Origin: Coprothermobacterota bacterium
Lineage (GTDB): Bacteria > Coprothermobacterota > HKB111
Length of the DNA: 39,967 bases
Direction: 5' to 3'
Assembly: GCA_037440465.1 (NCBI GenBank)
Contig: JBBIUB010000004.1
Coordinates: 1 to 39,967, forward strand
Part shown: piece after piece, positions 17,826-26,222 of the stretch
How the letters are laid out: each line of letters opens with the position of its first letter
Position numbering within the stretch: position 1 is the first letter of the stretch
Program-made: the position numbers and the translations under genes
The notes under the pieces: model-generated
Database searches by the model: none
What the model was told of the DNA's origin: nothing
Seen by the model: the letters and a program-made list of their open reading frames with translations, nothing else

Positions 17826-19013
17826 TTATTCCTCCCTTGATTGTAATATTTTTATACCTGGAAGTTCTTTGCCCTCCAGAAACTCCAAAGCAGCTCCTCC
17901 GCCAGTGGAAAGATAGGTGAAGCTGGAAGTTGCATTTCCTTTTGAGATAGCTGAAAGGGTGTCGCCACCACCTGCAACCTTCAAGGCGTCAGAGCTCTTA
18001 AATGCCTCCAGGATTCCTTTTGTTCCATCCCAGAAAGGGGTGAGCTCAAAAACACCCATGGGACCATTCCAAAAAATAGTGGAAGCACGAAGAAGTTCTT
18101 TTGAAAATAACTTAACAGTTTGAGGACCAATGTCAAGACCCATATCTTCATTTCTCATCTTTTTTGCATCTATCACTTCTACTGCAACATCTTCTGATAT
18201 AGAAGGTGCTACCACTACATCTACTGGTAATTGAAAATTAATATTCATTTCTTGTGCCCTGGTAAATATTTCTTTAGCTGAGCTGATTTTATCTTCTTCA
18301 ACTAAGGAACGCCCTACCCGATAACCCAGAGCTTTTAAAAAGGTAAAAGCCATTCCTCCGCCAACAAGGATAATTTCTACCAATGGAAGTAGCTTATCAA
18401 GAATACCAAGTTTATCAGACACTTTGGCTCCACCCAGAAGTATAGCCATTGGTTCGTCTGGATGGTCTCTCACCATTCTGAGATAATCTACCTCTTTTTC
18501 CAATAGAATACCAGAATAACCAGGAATGATTGTAGCTACACCATAAGTAGAAGCATGAGCCCGATGGGAAGCAGAAAAAGCCTCATTTACATAAATATCA
18601 CCCAAACGAGCCAGTGCCTGAGAAAAGTTCGCATCGTTTTCTTCTTCTCCAGGATAGAATCTGAGATTCTCCAGAAGAAGAATCTCGCCTGGTTTCAAAC
18701 TTTGGGCAGCGTTTAAGGTATCTTCACTGAGAACATCTTCAACAAAATGAATCTCCTTTCCCAGAAGCATCTCAAGGTGATTTTTTATGGGCTTTAAGCT
18801 AAACTTTTCTTCTCTTCCTTTAGGTCTACCCAGATGGGAGAGCAGTAAAAGGGAAGCATTTTTGTTAAGAAGGTAATTGATTGTGGGAATAGTAGCAGTA
18901 ATCCTGGTATCATCAGCAACCTGTCCATCTGAAGTAAGAGGGACATTATAGTCCACTCTCATTAAAACTCTTTTCCTTTCTACATCTATTTCTCTAATGT
19001 TTATTTTATTCAT
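17826..19013 (-). CDS. pgk: Phosphoglycerate kinase
   Basis: RVDYNVP, SHLGRP, LENLRF, WNGPMG, STGGGA. Confidence 0.97.
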   Translation of the reverse strand: MNKINIREIDVERKRVLMRVDYNVPLTSDGQVADDTRITATIPTINYLLNKNASLLLLSHLGRPKGREEKFSLKPIKNHLEMLLGKEIHFVEDVLSEDTLNAAQSLKPGEILLLENLRFYPGEEENDANFSQALARLGDIYVNEAFSASHRAHASTYGVATIIPGYSGILLEKEVDYLRMVRDHPDEPMAILLGGAKVSDKLGILDKLLPLVEIILVGGGMAFTFLKALGYRVGRSLVEEDKISSAKEIFTRAQEMNINFQLPVDVVVAPSISEDVAVEVIDAKKMRNEDMGLDIGPQTVKLFSKELLRASTIFWNGPMGVFELTPFWDGTKGILEAFKSSDALKVAGGGDTLSAISKGNATSSFTYLSTGGGAALEFLEGKELPGIKILQSREE

Positions 19014-19058
19014 CTTAAAAATTCCTCCGCAAATATAATTCTACTCCCATCAACCCCC

Positions 19059-20084
19059 TTACTTCTCAAAAACCTTTACTTTTTCACCCATCAAGAAATT
19101 AACACTATCAGCCACCCGACAGGCGTAACCCCATTCGTTATCATACCAGGCAAGTACTTTAACCATATTTCCACCCATAACTATGGTTGAACGACCATCT
19201 ACAACAGTGGAATAGGTAATACCCTTAAAATCTGAAGATACCAGGGGTTCTTCGGTATATCCCAGTATACCCTTAAGCTCATCGTCTACTGCTTTCTTGA
19301 AGCTCTCATTAACTTCAGAGACTGTGGTTTCCTTGGAAACAATAACCGTTAAATCAATAAGAGATACGGTGGATATGGGCACTCTGAAGGCAATACCATG
19401 CATCTTACCTTGCAGTTGAGGAAGAACCAGACTGATAGCACTGGCAGCCCCTGTGCTGGTGGGTATGAGATTAATGGCTGCTGCCCTGGCTCTTCTTAGG
19501 TCAGAGTGAGGAAGGTCCAATATCCTCTGGTCGTTAGTGTAGGCGTGAATTGTAGACATCAAGCCTTTTTCTATCCCAAAGTTATCAAGAAGAACCTTAG
19601 ACACAGGTGCGAGACTGTTTGTTGTACAGGAAGCCAGTGAAACAATTTGATGTTTTTCAGGGTCGTAAAGCTTATGATTTACTCCCAGCACGATAGTAAG
19701 GTCTTCACCCTTAGCTGGAGCAGTTATTAACACCTTCCTTACATTTCCTTTTATATGCTGCTTAGCAAATCCTGCCTCTTCAAAACGGCCAGTGGATTCC
19801 ACAATAAGCTCAGCTCCTGTCTCTTCCCAGGGTATAAGGGCTGGCTCTTTAGCAAAGAAAACCTTAATAGTCCTGCCATTGACTATAATAGAGTCTTCTG
19901 AAGATTTGATTTCACCCGGAAAAACCCCATAATTAGAATCGTACTTTAAGAGATGGGAGAGTGTGCGTGTATCAGTTATATCGTTTATTGCTACTACCTC
20001 TACTGATGAAGGATAGTAATCTAAGAGGGTTTTGAAGACTTGTCTCCCTACTCTTCCAAACCCATTAATACCAACTTTTATCAT
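19059..20084 (-). CDS. gap: Type I glyceraldehyde-3-phosphate dehydrogenase
   Basis: GINGFGR, ASCTTN, WYDNEWGY. Confidence 0.97.
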   Translation of the reverse strand: MIKVGINGFGRVGRQVFKTLLDYYPSSVEVVAINDITDTRTLSHLLKYDSNYGVFPGEIKSSEDSIIVNGRTIKVFFAKEPALIPWEETGAELIVESTGRFEEAGFAKQHIKGNVRKVLITAPAKGEDLTIVLGVNHKLYDPEKHQIVSLASCTTNSLAPVSKVLLDNFGIEKGLMSTIHAYTNDQRILDLPHSDLRRARAAAINLIPTSTGAASAISLVLPQLQGKMHGIAFRVPISTVSLIDLTVIVSKETTVSEVNESFKKAVDDELKGILGYTEEPLVSSDFKGITYSTVVDGRSTIVMGGNMVKVLAWYDNEWGYACRVADSVNFLMGEKVKVFEK

Positions 20085-20139
20085 TACTAAATCATCTCCT
20101 TTTTTTATTGTTTAATAATTTTATCATACCAGCCAGAAT

Positions 20140-20397
20140 AAACCCCTCCCTTTATCTCTCTTATAACCACTTCTAACTTCCTATTTCTTTGAATCCCCCT
20201 CAATCCACCTTAACAAAAGTCTTTTTACCCTTGCTTGATGCTTCTTGTGCTTCTGAAAAATGAGATTGTTTCGTCATTTTATTCCTTGCGATGACACCCC
20301 CTCCTAATTCCTCCCCCCTCGAGGGGGAGGGAGGTGCCTGCACCATACTCGATACGGGGGTGGGGGGTATTCTGTATTCTGACTCCTGGCTTCTGAC
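20140..20397. repeat. Intergenic mosaic of several REP-like and heptamer repeats
   Basis: GTCA-tagged element 20261-20295 (minus), hairpin element 20295-20331, TTCTG-type heptamers 20369-20397, degenerate C-rich arms near 20143 and 20192. Confidence 0.65.
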
Positions 20398-20416
20398 ATC
20401 TTCGCTTTCTCCTCCC

Positions 20417-21766
20417 TCATCTCAAAATGATGAAAGCTGCTATGCTCAGGTAAATGATTATACCAATTACATCTATCACTGTGGTGATAAAAGGTGAAGA
20501 AGTCAAGGCGGGGTCTATCTTGAAAGCTTTAAACACGAAAGGTAAAAGAGCGCCTACTGTGGTAGCTAAAGTAGATATAGCCAGAAGGCTCAATCCTACG
20601 CTTATTGATACTGCTAAGTCTTTACTCAGCCAGTAACTCCAGAAAAAAGAAATCAAGCCAAGGGGAACCCCCAGAAGAAATCCAGTCAAACTCTCCCTCA
20701 ATACCACCCAGGTCGCGTCAACGGGTTCTATCTCCTTAAGTGCTAAGCTTCTTATTACAACAGTGGAAGATTGGGAACCGATATTACCGCCGCTGTCAAT
20801 TAGAAGAGGAATAAAAGCTGATAGGGCGATTACACTTTTTAGAAGTCCTTCGTGGCTTAAAATGATGCTTCCTGAAAGTGTGTTGGCTACTAACAAAATC
20901 AAAAGCCAGAATATTCTTCTTCCAGCTATAGAAATAACCTTAGAGCGAAAATAACCCGTATCGCCAACTCCTACAGCACCCATTTTATACATATCTTCAG
21001 TGGCTTCATCTTGAACTACATCAACAATATCGTCTACTGTCACGATACCTACCAAACGCTTTTCTCTATCCACAACTGGTAAAGCCACGAAGTCATACTT
21101 CTGAATAACATTGGCTACTTCTTCCTGGTCATCATCGGTATTGACGGAGATGGCATCTTTATACATAATATTGCCAACCAGCTCGTCAGGGTTAGCGGTC
21201 ACCAAGTCTCTTAAAGATGCTACCCCCTTAAGGTGCCTCTGGTCATCAATAACATAACAATAGAAAGAGGTCTCTTTCTTTAGGCCTATTCTTCTTATTC
21301 TCATTAAGGCTTGAGTTACTGTCATTTGCTCTTTGAGGTCCATAAACTTAGGTGTCATAATACGACCAGCAGTATTTTCTTTATAACCGAGAAGAATATT
21401 TGTAGCTGTTTTCTCTTCAGGACTTAAAAGAAGAAGAAGCCTCTTGGTTACCTTGGCAGGTAACTCTTCCAGAAGTTCTGCCCTATCATCGGGAGCCATC
21501 TCTTCAATAATTTCTCTTACCCGAGCTTCAGGAAATGTGGCTAAAAGCTCCTGCTGGTCTTCAAACTCCAGATTCTCAAAGACCTCAATGGCAGCATCTT
21601 TTTTAAGAAGGCGAAAAAGGATTACTCTTTCATCTCTGGGAAGAGCTGATATGACTTCAGCAATGTCTGCTGGATTTAAAGTTTCAAGTGTGCGTTTAAG
21701 AGTGGTAAACTCTTTATTTTCTAAAAGGTTTAAAAGCTGTTCTTCAAGAGGGGTAGGGTTATCCAT
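20417..21766 (-). CDS. mgtE: Magnesium transporter MgtE (start revised to ATG 21766)
   Basis: N-domain, CBS pair (TAGRIM, LVGIVTVDD), GGNIGSQ, DPA...PFITTVID; AAAGGAGG SD just before 21766. Confidence 0.95.
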   Translation of the reverse strand: MDNPTPLEEQLLNLLENKEFTTLKRTLETLNPADIAEVISALPRDERVILFRLLKKDAAIEVFENLEFEDQQELLATFPEARVREIIEEMAPDDRAELLEELPAKVTKRLLLLLSPEEKTATNILLGYKENTAGRIMTPKFMDLKEQMTVTQALMRIRRIGLKKETSFYCYVIDDQRHLKGVASLRDLVTANPDELVGNIMYKDAISVNTDDDQEEVANVIQKYDFVALPVVDREKRLVGIVTVDDIVDVVQDEATEDMYKMGAVGVGDTGYFRSKVISIAGRRIFWLLILLVANTLSGSIILSHEGLLKSVIALSAFIPLLIDSGGNIGSQSSTVVIRSLALKEIEPVDATWVVLRESLTGFLLGVPLGLISFFWSYWLSKDLAVSISVGLSLLAISTLATTVGALLPFVFKAFKIDPALTSSPFITTVIDVIGIIIYLSIAAFIILR

Positions 21767-21884
21767 TTTCTCATCCTCCTTTGTCATATTTGGGGTTTTT
21801 GACGGGTAAAGGAGGTTTCCCAGAAAAGGGATATCTCGCTCCACCAGACCAGAATAGCATACCCTAAAAAGGGTTTTTGGTCAA
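21767..21884 (-). promoter_or_regulatory. mgtE promoter and structured leader
   Basis: TTGACC(21884-21879)-17 bp-TATGCT(21861-21856); anti-SD CCUCCUUU (21815-21808) pairs with SD AAAGGAGG (21782-21775). Confidence 0.6.
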
Positions 21885-21893
21885 GGCATTCTA

Positions 21894-21930
21894 CCTTCCC
21901 CCGCAAGGGGTGAGGATTAAGGAGGGAGTG
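21894..21930 (-). repeat. C/G-rich REP-like element, inverted relative to 20295-20331
   Basis: Reverse complement matches 20295-20331 at 30/37 positions, ungapped. Confidence 0.75.
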
Positions 21931-21981
21931 AACAAAATCCAGAAGTCAGAATGGACCTACGGTCGAAAGAAAAGACTCTTC

Positions 21982-23253
21982 TTAGGATTTTACCTTAAAT
22001 ATGAGGGGAACCCCTGTGAAGTCGTATTTTTCTCTTAAGGCTTTTTCAAGCCTGTTTCTTTCCTGTTCGTTGAATAGTTTTTCATTATTTACAGAGAAAA
22101 GAAAAACAGGGGGAGCTATATCAACCTGGGTAGCATAATATATTTTTAAAGAAGTTCTGAGCTCCCATTCCCGAAGAAATGTGTTTAATTCATGAGTGGA
22201 AATACGCCGATAGAAGTTATTACCTACTTTGATAACCGTTTTCAGGAGTTCGTTTATACCTTTATTCGAGGGAACTGAGGTAAAAATGATGGGTGCATAT
22301 TGAAAACGGAAAAATTTTTCTCTTACATACCTTTCAGCAGTCTTCATCGTGCCTGGCTGGAGAAGGTCGGATTTATTCAAGGCTAAAACTGCTCCTCGCT
22401 GCATCTTCTCAATAAGATAAGCGATAGACTGGTCCTGGTTAAGAATTCCTTCCTCACTACTTAATACCAGAATTACCACCTCTGATGATTCAACTGCTTT
22501 TACAGTTCTATCAATAGAGTATGCTTCCAAAGCGGTGTTGACCTTTTCTCTTTTTCTTAAACCTGCTGTGTCCACTATCTCTATTTCACCCCAGGGGGTA
22601 GGTATCCGTTCCTCCAGGCTATCCCTTGTTGTGTGTGGCCTTTCATCAACAATTGCCCTTTCAAAACCAAGAAAAAGATTAAAAAGGCTGGACTTTCCAA
22701 CATTTGTCCTTCCCACTATAGCTACTTTTAGAACTCTCTCTTTCAAGGTTAACTCAACTCTCAAACGAAGAATCTCATCCTTAAGTTCCTTTATCCCTTT
22801 ACCATCCAGGGCAGAGATAAAAAATGGTTCATCTCCTTCTCTTCCCACCAGCTTATAAAATACGGGGTCGCGGAACTTCGGACTCTCAACCTTATTTACA
22901 ACTACCCTGTAGGGTATAGAGAGACGCCGAAGCATGGAAACTATCTCTTCATCAGAAGGGTTAAGACCTTCTCTTCCATCAACTACAAGAAGGATAAGGT
23001 CTCCTTCCTCCATAAGAGTTCTACCAACTTTCTGAATCTTTTCATCAAGAGTGTCAGAGACATTGGGTTGGTAGCCACCTGTATCATATAAAAGTACTCC
23101 TTCTTCACCCTTGTGAAGAAAAGCCTCAAGATAATCCCTGGTCACAGCTGGTGTTTTATCTTCTATTGATAGGCGCCTTCTTATCAGACGGTTAAAAAGG
23201 GTCGATTTCCCTACATTAGGTCTTCCTATTATGACAACTTTTGGAATCTTCAT
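21982..23253 (-). CDS. der: Ribosome biogenesis GTPase Der/EngA
   Basis: Two GTPase domains (GRPNVGKS, GRTNVGKS, DTGG, DTAG) and a KH-like tail. Confidence 0.96.
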   Translation of the reverse strand: MKIPKVVIIGRPNVGKSTLFNRLIRRRLSIEDKTPAVTRDYLEAFLHKGEEGVLLYDTGGYQPNVSDTLDEKIQKVGRTLMEEGDLILLVVDGREGLNPSDEEIVSMLRRLSIPYRVVVNKVESPKFRDPVFYKLVGREGDEPFFISALDGKGIKELKDEILRLRVELTLKERVLKVAIVGRTNVGKSSLFNLFLGFERAIVDERPHTTRDSLEERIPTPWGEIEIVDTAGLRKREKVNTALEAYSIDRTVKAVESSEVVILVLSSEEGILNQDQSIAYLIEKMQRGAVLALNKSDLLQPGTMKTAERYVREKFFRFQYAPIIFTSVPSNKGINELLKTVIKVGNNFYRRISTHELNTFLREWELRTSLKIYYATQVDIAPPVFLFSVNNEKLFNEQERNRLEKALREKYDFTGVPLIFKVKS

Positions 23254-24105
23254 TTAGCTACTCCATTCATTTAGAAACTCCACAATTTCTTCAATTACAT
23301 CCAAGGGGGTTGACGCTCCAGAAACAACACCAATGGTCAGTATATTCTTCAAATTCAATTCCTCCAATTCCTTCACTTCAGATAAACCTGACACAAAATG
23401 AGTATGAGGATTAACATTAGAGATTAATTCAAAGAGACGCCTGCTGTTGGCACTGCTTTTATCTCCCACCACCAACATCGCATCCACCTCTCGGGCTAAA
23501 GTCAACCCTTCTTTCTGTCTTTCCAGAATCTCCCTACACAGGGTGTTTATATATAACAATTCTTCTATCTCCTTAATTCCTCCGAGAAGTGCCAGGGCAG
23601 ACTTTACATCTTCCAAACTCTTGGTAGTCTGTACTACCAATGCTACCTTAGCAGGTACTTGCTGGATATTGAGAAGAGGGCTGAATATGGTATAGACTTC
23701 CTTAGGAAGATACGATGTTATATATTTTATTTCGCTGTGGTTTTTATCTCCCAGAATGAGAAGATGGTAACCTGAGGATATAAGGTGTTGGCTCTTCTTT
23801 AAAAACCTTTCCACAATTGGACAGGTTAATTCTTTGATTTTGAAACCTTTTTTTTGAAGCTCTTCACTGGATTCTTTGAGAAGACCATGGGTGGGTCCCA
23901 GAACCAGAGCTCCTGCTTCTGCTTCTGGTATAAATGATTTGAGACCTGCATTTATAAGTTTCTCCATTGCTAAAGCATTATGGATAAGTTCTCCCCATAG
24001 ATACACGCTGGCAGAGATGTCTAAGGATTTAAAAGCTTCTTTAATGGCTCTTTCAACTCCCCAGCAGTAACCTAGCCTTTTTGCTTTCTTTATCTCAATT
24101 TTCAT
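23254..24105 (-). CDS. ispH: HMBPP reductase IspH
   Basis: GYCWGV, LIHN, TCP, HSE, QTT, NTLC, GASTP. Confidence 0.92.
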   Translation of the reverse strand: MKIEIKKAKRLGYCWGVERAIKEAFKSLDISASVYLWGELIHNALAMEKLINAGLKSFIPEAEAGALVLGPTHGLLKESSEELQKKGFKIKELTCPIVERFLKKSQHLISSGYHLLILGDKNHSEIKYITSYLPKEVYTIFSPLLNIQQVPAKVALVVQTTKSLEDVKSALALLGGIKEIEELLYINTLCREILERQKEGLTLAREVDAMLVVGDKSSANSRRLFELISNVNPHTHFVSGLSEVKELEELNLKNILTIGVVSGASTPLDVIEEIVEFLNEWSS

Positions 24106-24712
24106 CTTGAATCAATTCCTTTATGGCTTTATCAAGTTCAAGAGTTAATTTCTCAACTCCGTCCTTAAGTGAAATTTCCCCTGTTCCATTAAGGGGTAAA
24201 CCAATCTTCATTTTGAATTTATGCTTCTTAGGTATAAAAAAGTTTAAGATACCTACCTTATAAGTTCCTGTAATACCTACGGGAAGTATGGGAACACCTG
24301 CTTTCAAGGCAAAATATGCTGCGCCGGGTTCAAAAGGAGCTATCTCCCCGGTTCTGGAACGGGTTCCTTCAGGAAATACCCCAAGAATCCCACCCTTTTT
24401 AAGTATTTCCAGGCCTTCTCTTAGTGCCCGGCGGTCTGGTTGACCCCTTTCTACGGGAAAACAGGCTAAAGAGCGCATGAATACTGCTAAAAAAGGATTC
24501 CGGAAGACTTCGGCTTTTCCTATAAAAGATACCCTTAGGGGAGTCAGGTAGGCTAATAGAACAGGGTCGCTCCAGTTCAAATGATTTGCTGCCATTATAA
24601 AAGGTGGATCAGGTATGTTTTCTCTTCCTTTCACTTTAATATCCAGAAGAAGGGGTGCTATTATATACCGCAATAATGACTGCATTACCAGGTAAAGATA
24701 AGGTTTTCTCAA
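24095..24712 (-). CDS. plsC: 1-acyl-sn-glycerol-3-phosphate acyltransferase
   Basis: NHxxxxD and FPEGTRS; cmk-plsC-ispH synteny. Confidence 0.9.
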   Translation of the reverse strand: MRKPYLYLVMQSLLRYIIAPLLLDIKVKGRENIPDPPFIMAANHLNWSDPVLLAYLTPLRVSFIGKAEVFRNPFLAVFMRSLACFPVERGQPDRRALREGLEILKKGGILGVFPEGTRSRTGEIAPFEPGAAYFALKAGVPILPVGITGTYKVGILNFFIPKKHKFKMKIGLPLNGTGEISLKDGVEKLTLELDKAIKELIQDEN

Positions 24713-24744
24713 AATAGTGCTTTCCGATTATAAATCATGAGAAT

Positions 24745-25431
24745 TTAAAAATTGGATTCACCAAACGAAGTTGAAGATAAGATTAGCATTATAGCTTCAA
24801 TTATTTCTTGTATCTCCATATTACTGGTATCTAAACAGTGAGCACCAACAGGAATGGCAAGGGGAGAAAGCTCACGGTGAGAATCTATTTCGTCTCTTTT
24901 TTTTATATCTTCAAGAACTTCTTCAAAGGAAATACACCCTTCTCTTAATATTTCTAAATATCGTCTTCTGGCTCTTTCGGAAAGAGAAGCATCAAGGTAG
25001 AGTTTAACTTCTGCATTTTTAAAGACCACAGAGCCCATATCCCTGCCTTCGGCGATAAAAGAAGTAAGGTTGAATGTTGCTGCCCTAATTAGCTCTGCAA
25101 CTTTATCACGGACAGTTTTAGTTTGGGAAATCTTTGAACTTAAGTCATCAACTTCAGTTGTGCGTAAGATAGAAGTGATTTCTAACCCTTCTACATAGAC
25201 CCTATTATCTTCACTAATTTCAACATTTTTAATACCAGAGATGTCTTCAAGATAATCATCAGTAATGGGTTGAAGTTGTGTTTTTGAACCTTCATTCTTC
25301 TTAAATATATAAGAAGCTAAGGCTCTATAAAAAAGCCCGGAATAAATTACTGGTATCCCCAATTTCTCACCAAGAAGACGGGCAATGGTGCTCTTCCCCG
25401 AACCTGCAGGACCATCCAGAGTAATTATCAT
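24745..25431 (-). CDS. cmk: Cytidylate kinase
   Basis: DGPAGSGKST, SGLFYR, EGRDMG, RARRR. Confidence 0.95.
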   Translation of the reverse strand: MIITLDGPAGSGKSTIARLLGEKLGIPVIYSGLFYRALASYIFKKNEGSKTQLQPITDDYLEDISGIKNVEISEDNRVYVEGLEITSILRTTEVDDLSSKISQTKTVRDKVAELIRAATFNLTSFIAEGRDMGSVVFKNAEVKLYLDASLSERARRRYLEILREGCISFEEVLEDIKKRDEIDSHRELSPLAIPVGAHCLDTSNMEIQEIIEAIMLILSSTSFGESNF

Positions 25432-25520
25432 GAAATTAGATTAACCCCGGGTTAACCGGGTTAAAATAATTAATCAACAGAATCGTTAATGTATTCATAA
25501 TCCTGAATAATTCCATAATA

Positions 25521-26168
25521 CTAAATAACTCCCACTGTATATAAAAGATTATGAAAAATATGTATCCCATAAGAAATATAGTTTGAGATTATTCCAAGGA
25601 AAATAAGGGCTATGAGTACGAATACTCCAAAAAGGTTAATCTGCCGATCTTCAATAAACTGAAAAGGATTCCGCACAAAAATAAGAAGAAATGCCTTAAA
25701 ACCATCAAGAGGGGGAAGAGGTAGTAGGTTAAACAGCATAAGAACTATACTGTATATAGCTAAGAAATACAAAAATTTATTTAGATAAAGTAAGGAAAAG
25801 GGCATAATCTTTAAGATAAAAAGCAGAAGCGAAGCAATTACTGCAGTAGTTAGATTGGCACTTATTCCAGCAACACTTGTGAGAAGAAGGTCCCGACGGG
25901 GGTTCTTGTAGTAATATGGATTTATGGGAACTGGCTTACCCCAGCCTACCCTGAAAAAGATAAGAGTTAATAATCCTACGGGGTCAATATGGTTTAAGGG
26001 GTTAAGGGTTAACCTTTTAAGATATCGGGGAGTTGGGTCTCCAAGCTTATCGGTAACCCAGGCGTGGGCAAACTCGTGAAAGGTAAATGCTACCATAAGC
26101 CCCCCGTATTGCAGAATAGTCTCCAGGATATTTTCAATAGATTGTGCTGCTGCAGTTAAGTTAAGCAT
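25521..26168 (-). CDS. Site-2 protease (peptidase M50)
   Basis: HEFAH, GDPT, FNLLPLPPLDG. Confidence 0.93.
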   Translation of the reverse strand: MLNLTAAAQSIENILETILQYGGLMVAFTFHEFAHAWVTDKLGDPTPRYLKRLTLNPLNHIDPVGLLTLIFFRVGWGKPVPINPYYYKNPRRDLLLTSVAGISANLTTAVIASLLLFILKIMPFSLLYLNKFLYFLAIYSIVLMLFNLLPLPPLDGFKAFLLIFVRNPFQFIEDRQINLFGVFVLIALIFLGIISNYISYGIHIFHNLLYTVGVI

Positions 26169-26222
26169 TATTTTCCTCCCTTATATAAATTCATCTTAAA
26201 ATGATAGCATGAAAATAAAAAT

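Noticed and set aside
21767..21890. M-box (ykoK) riboswitch, and GTG start of mgtE at 21844
   Set aside because: Leader too short for an M-box; the strong SD points to ATG 21766
25441..25464. ccgggttaa tandem/quasi-palindrome before cmk
   Set aside because: Single short occurrence; no supportable function
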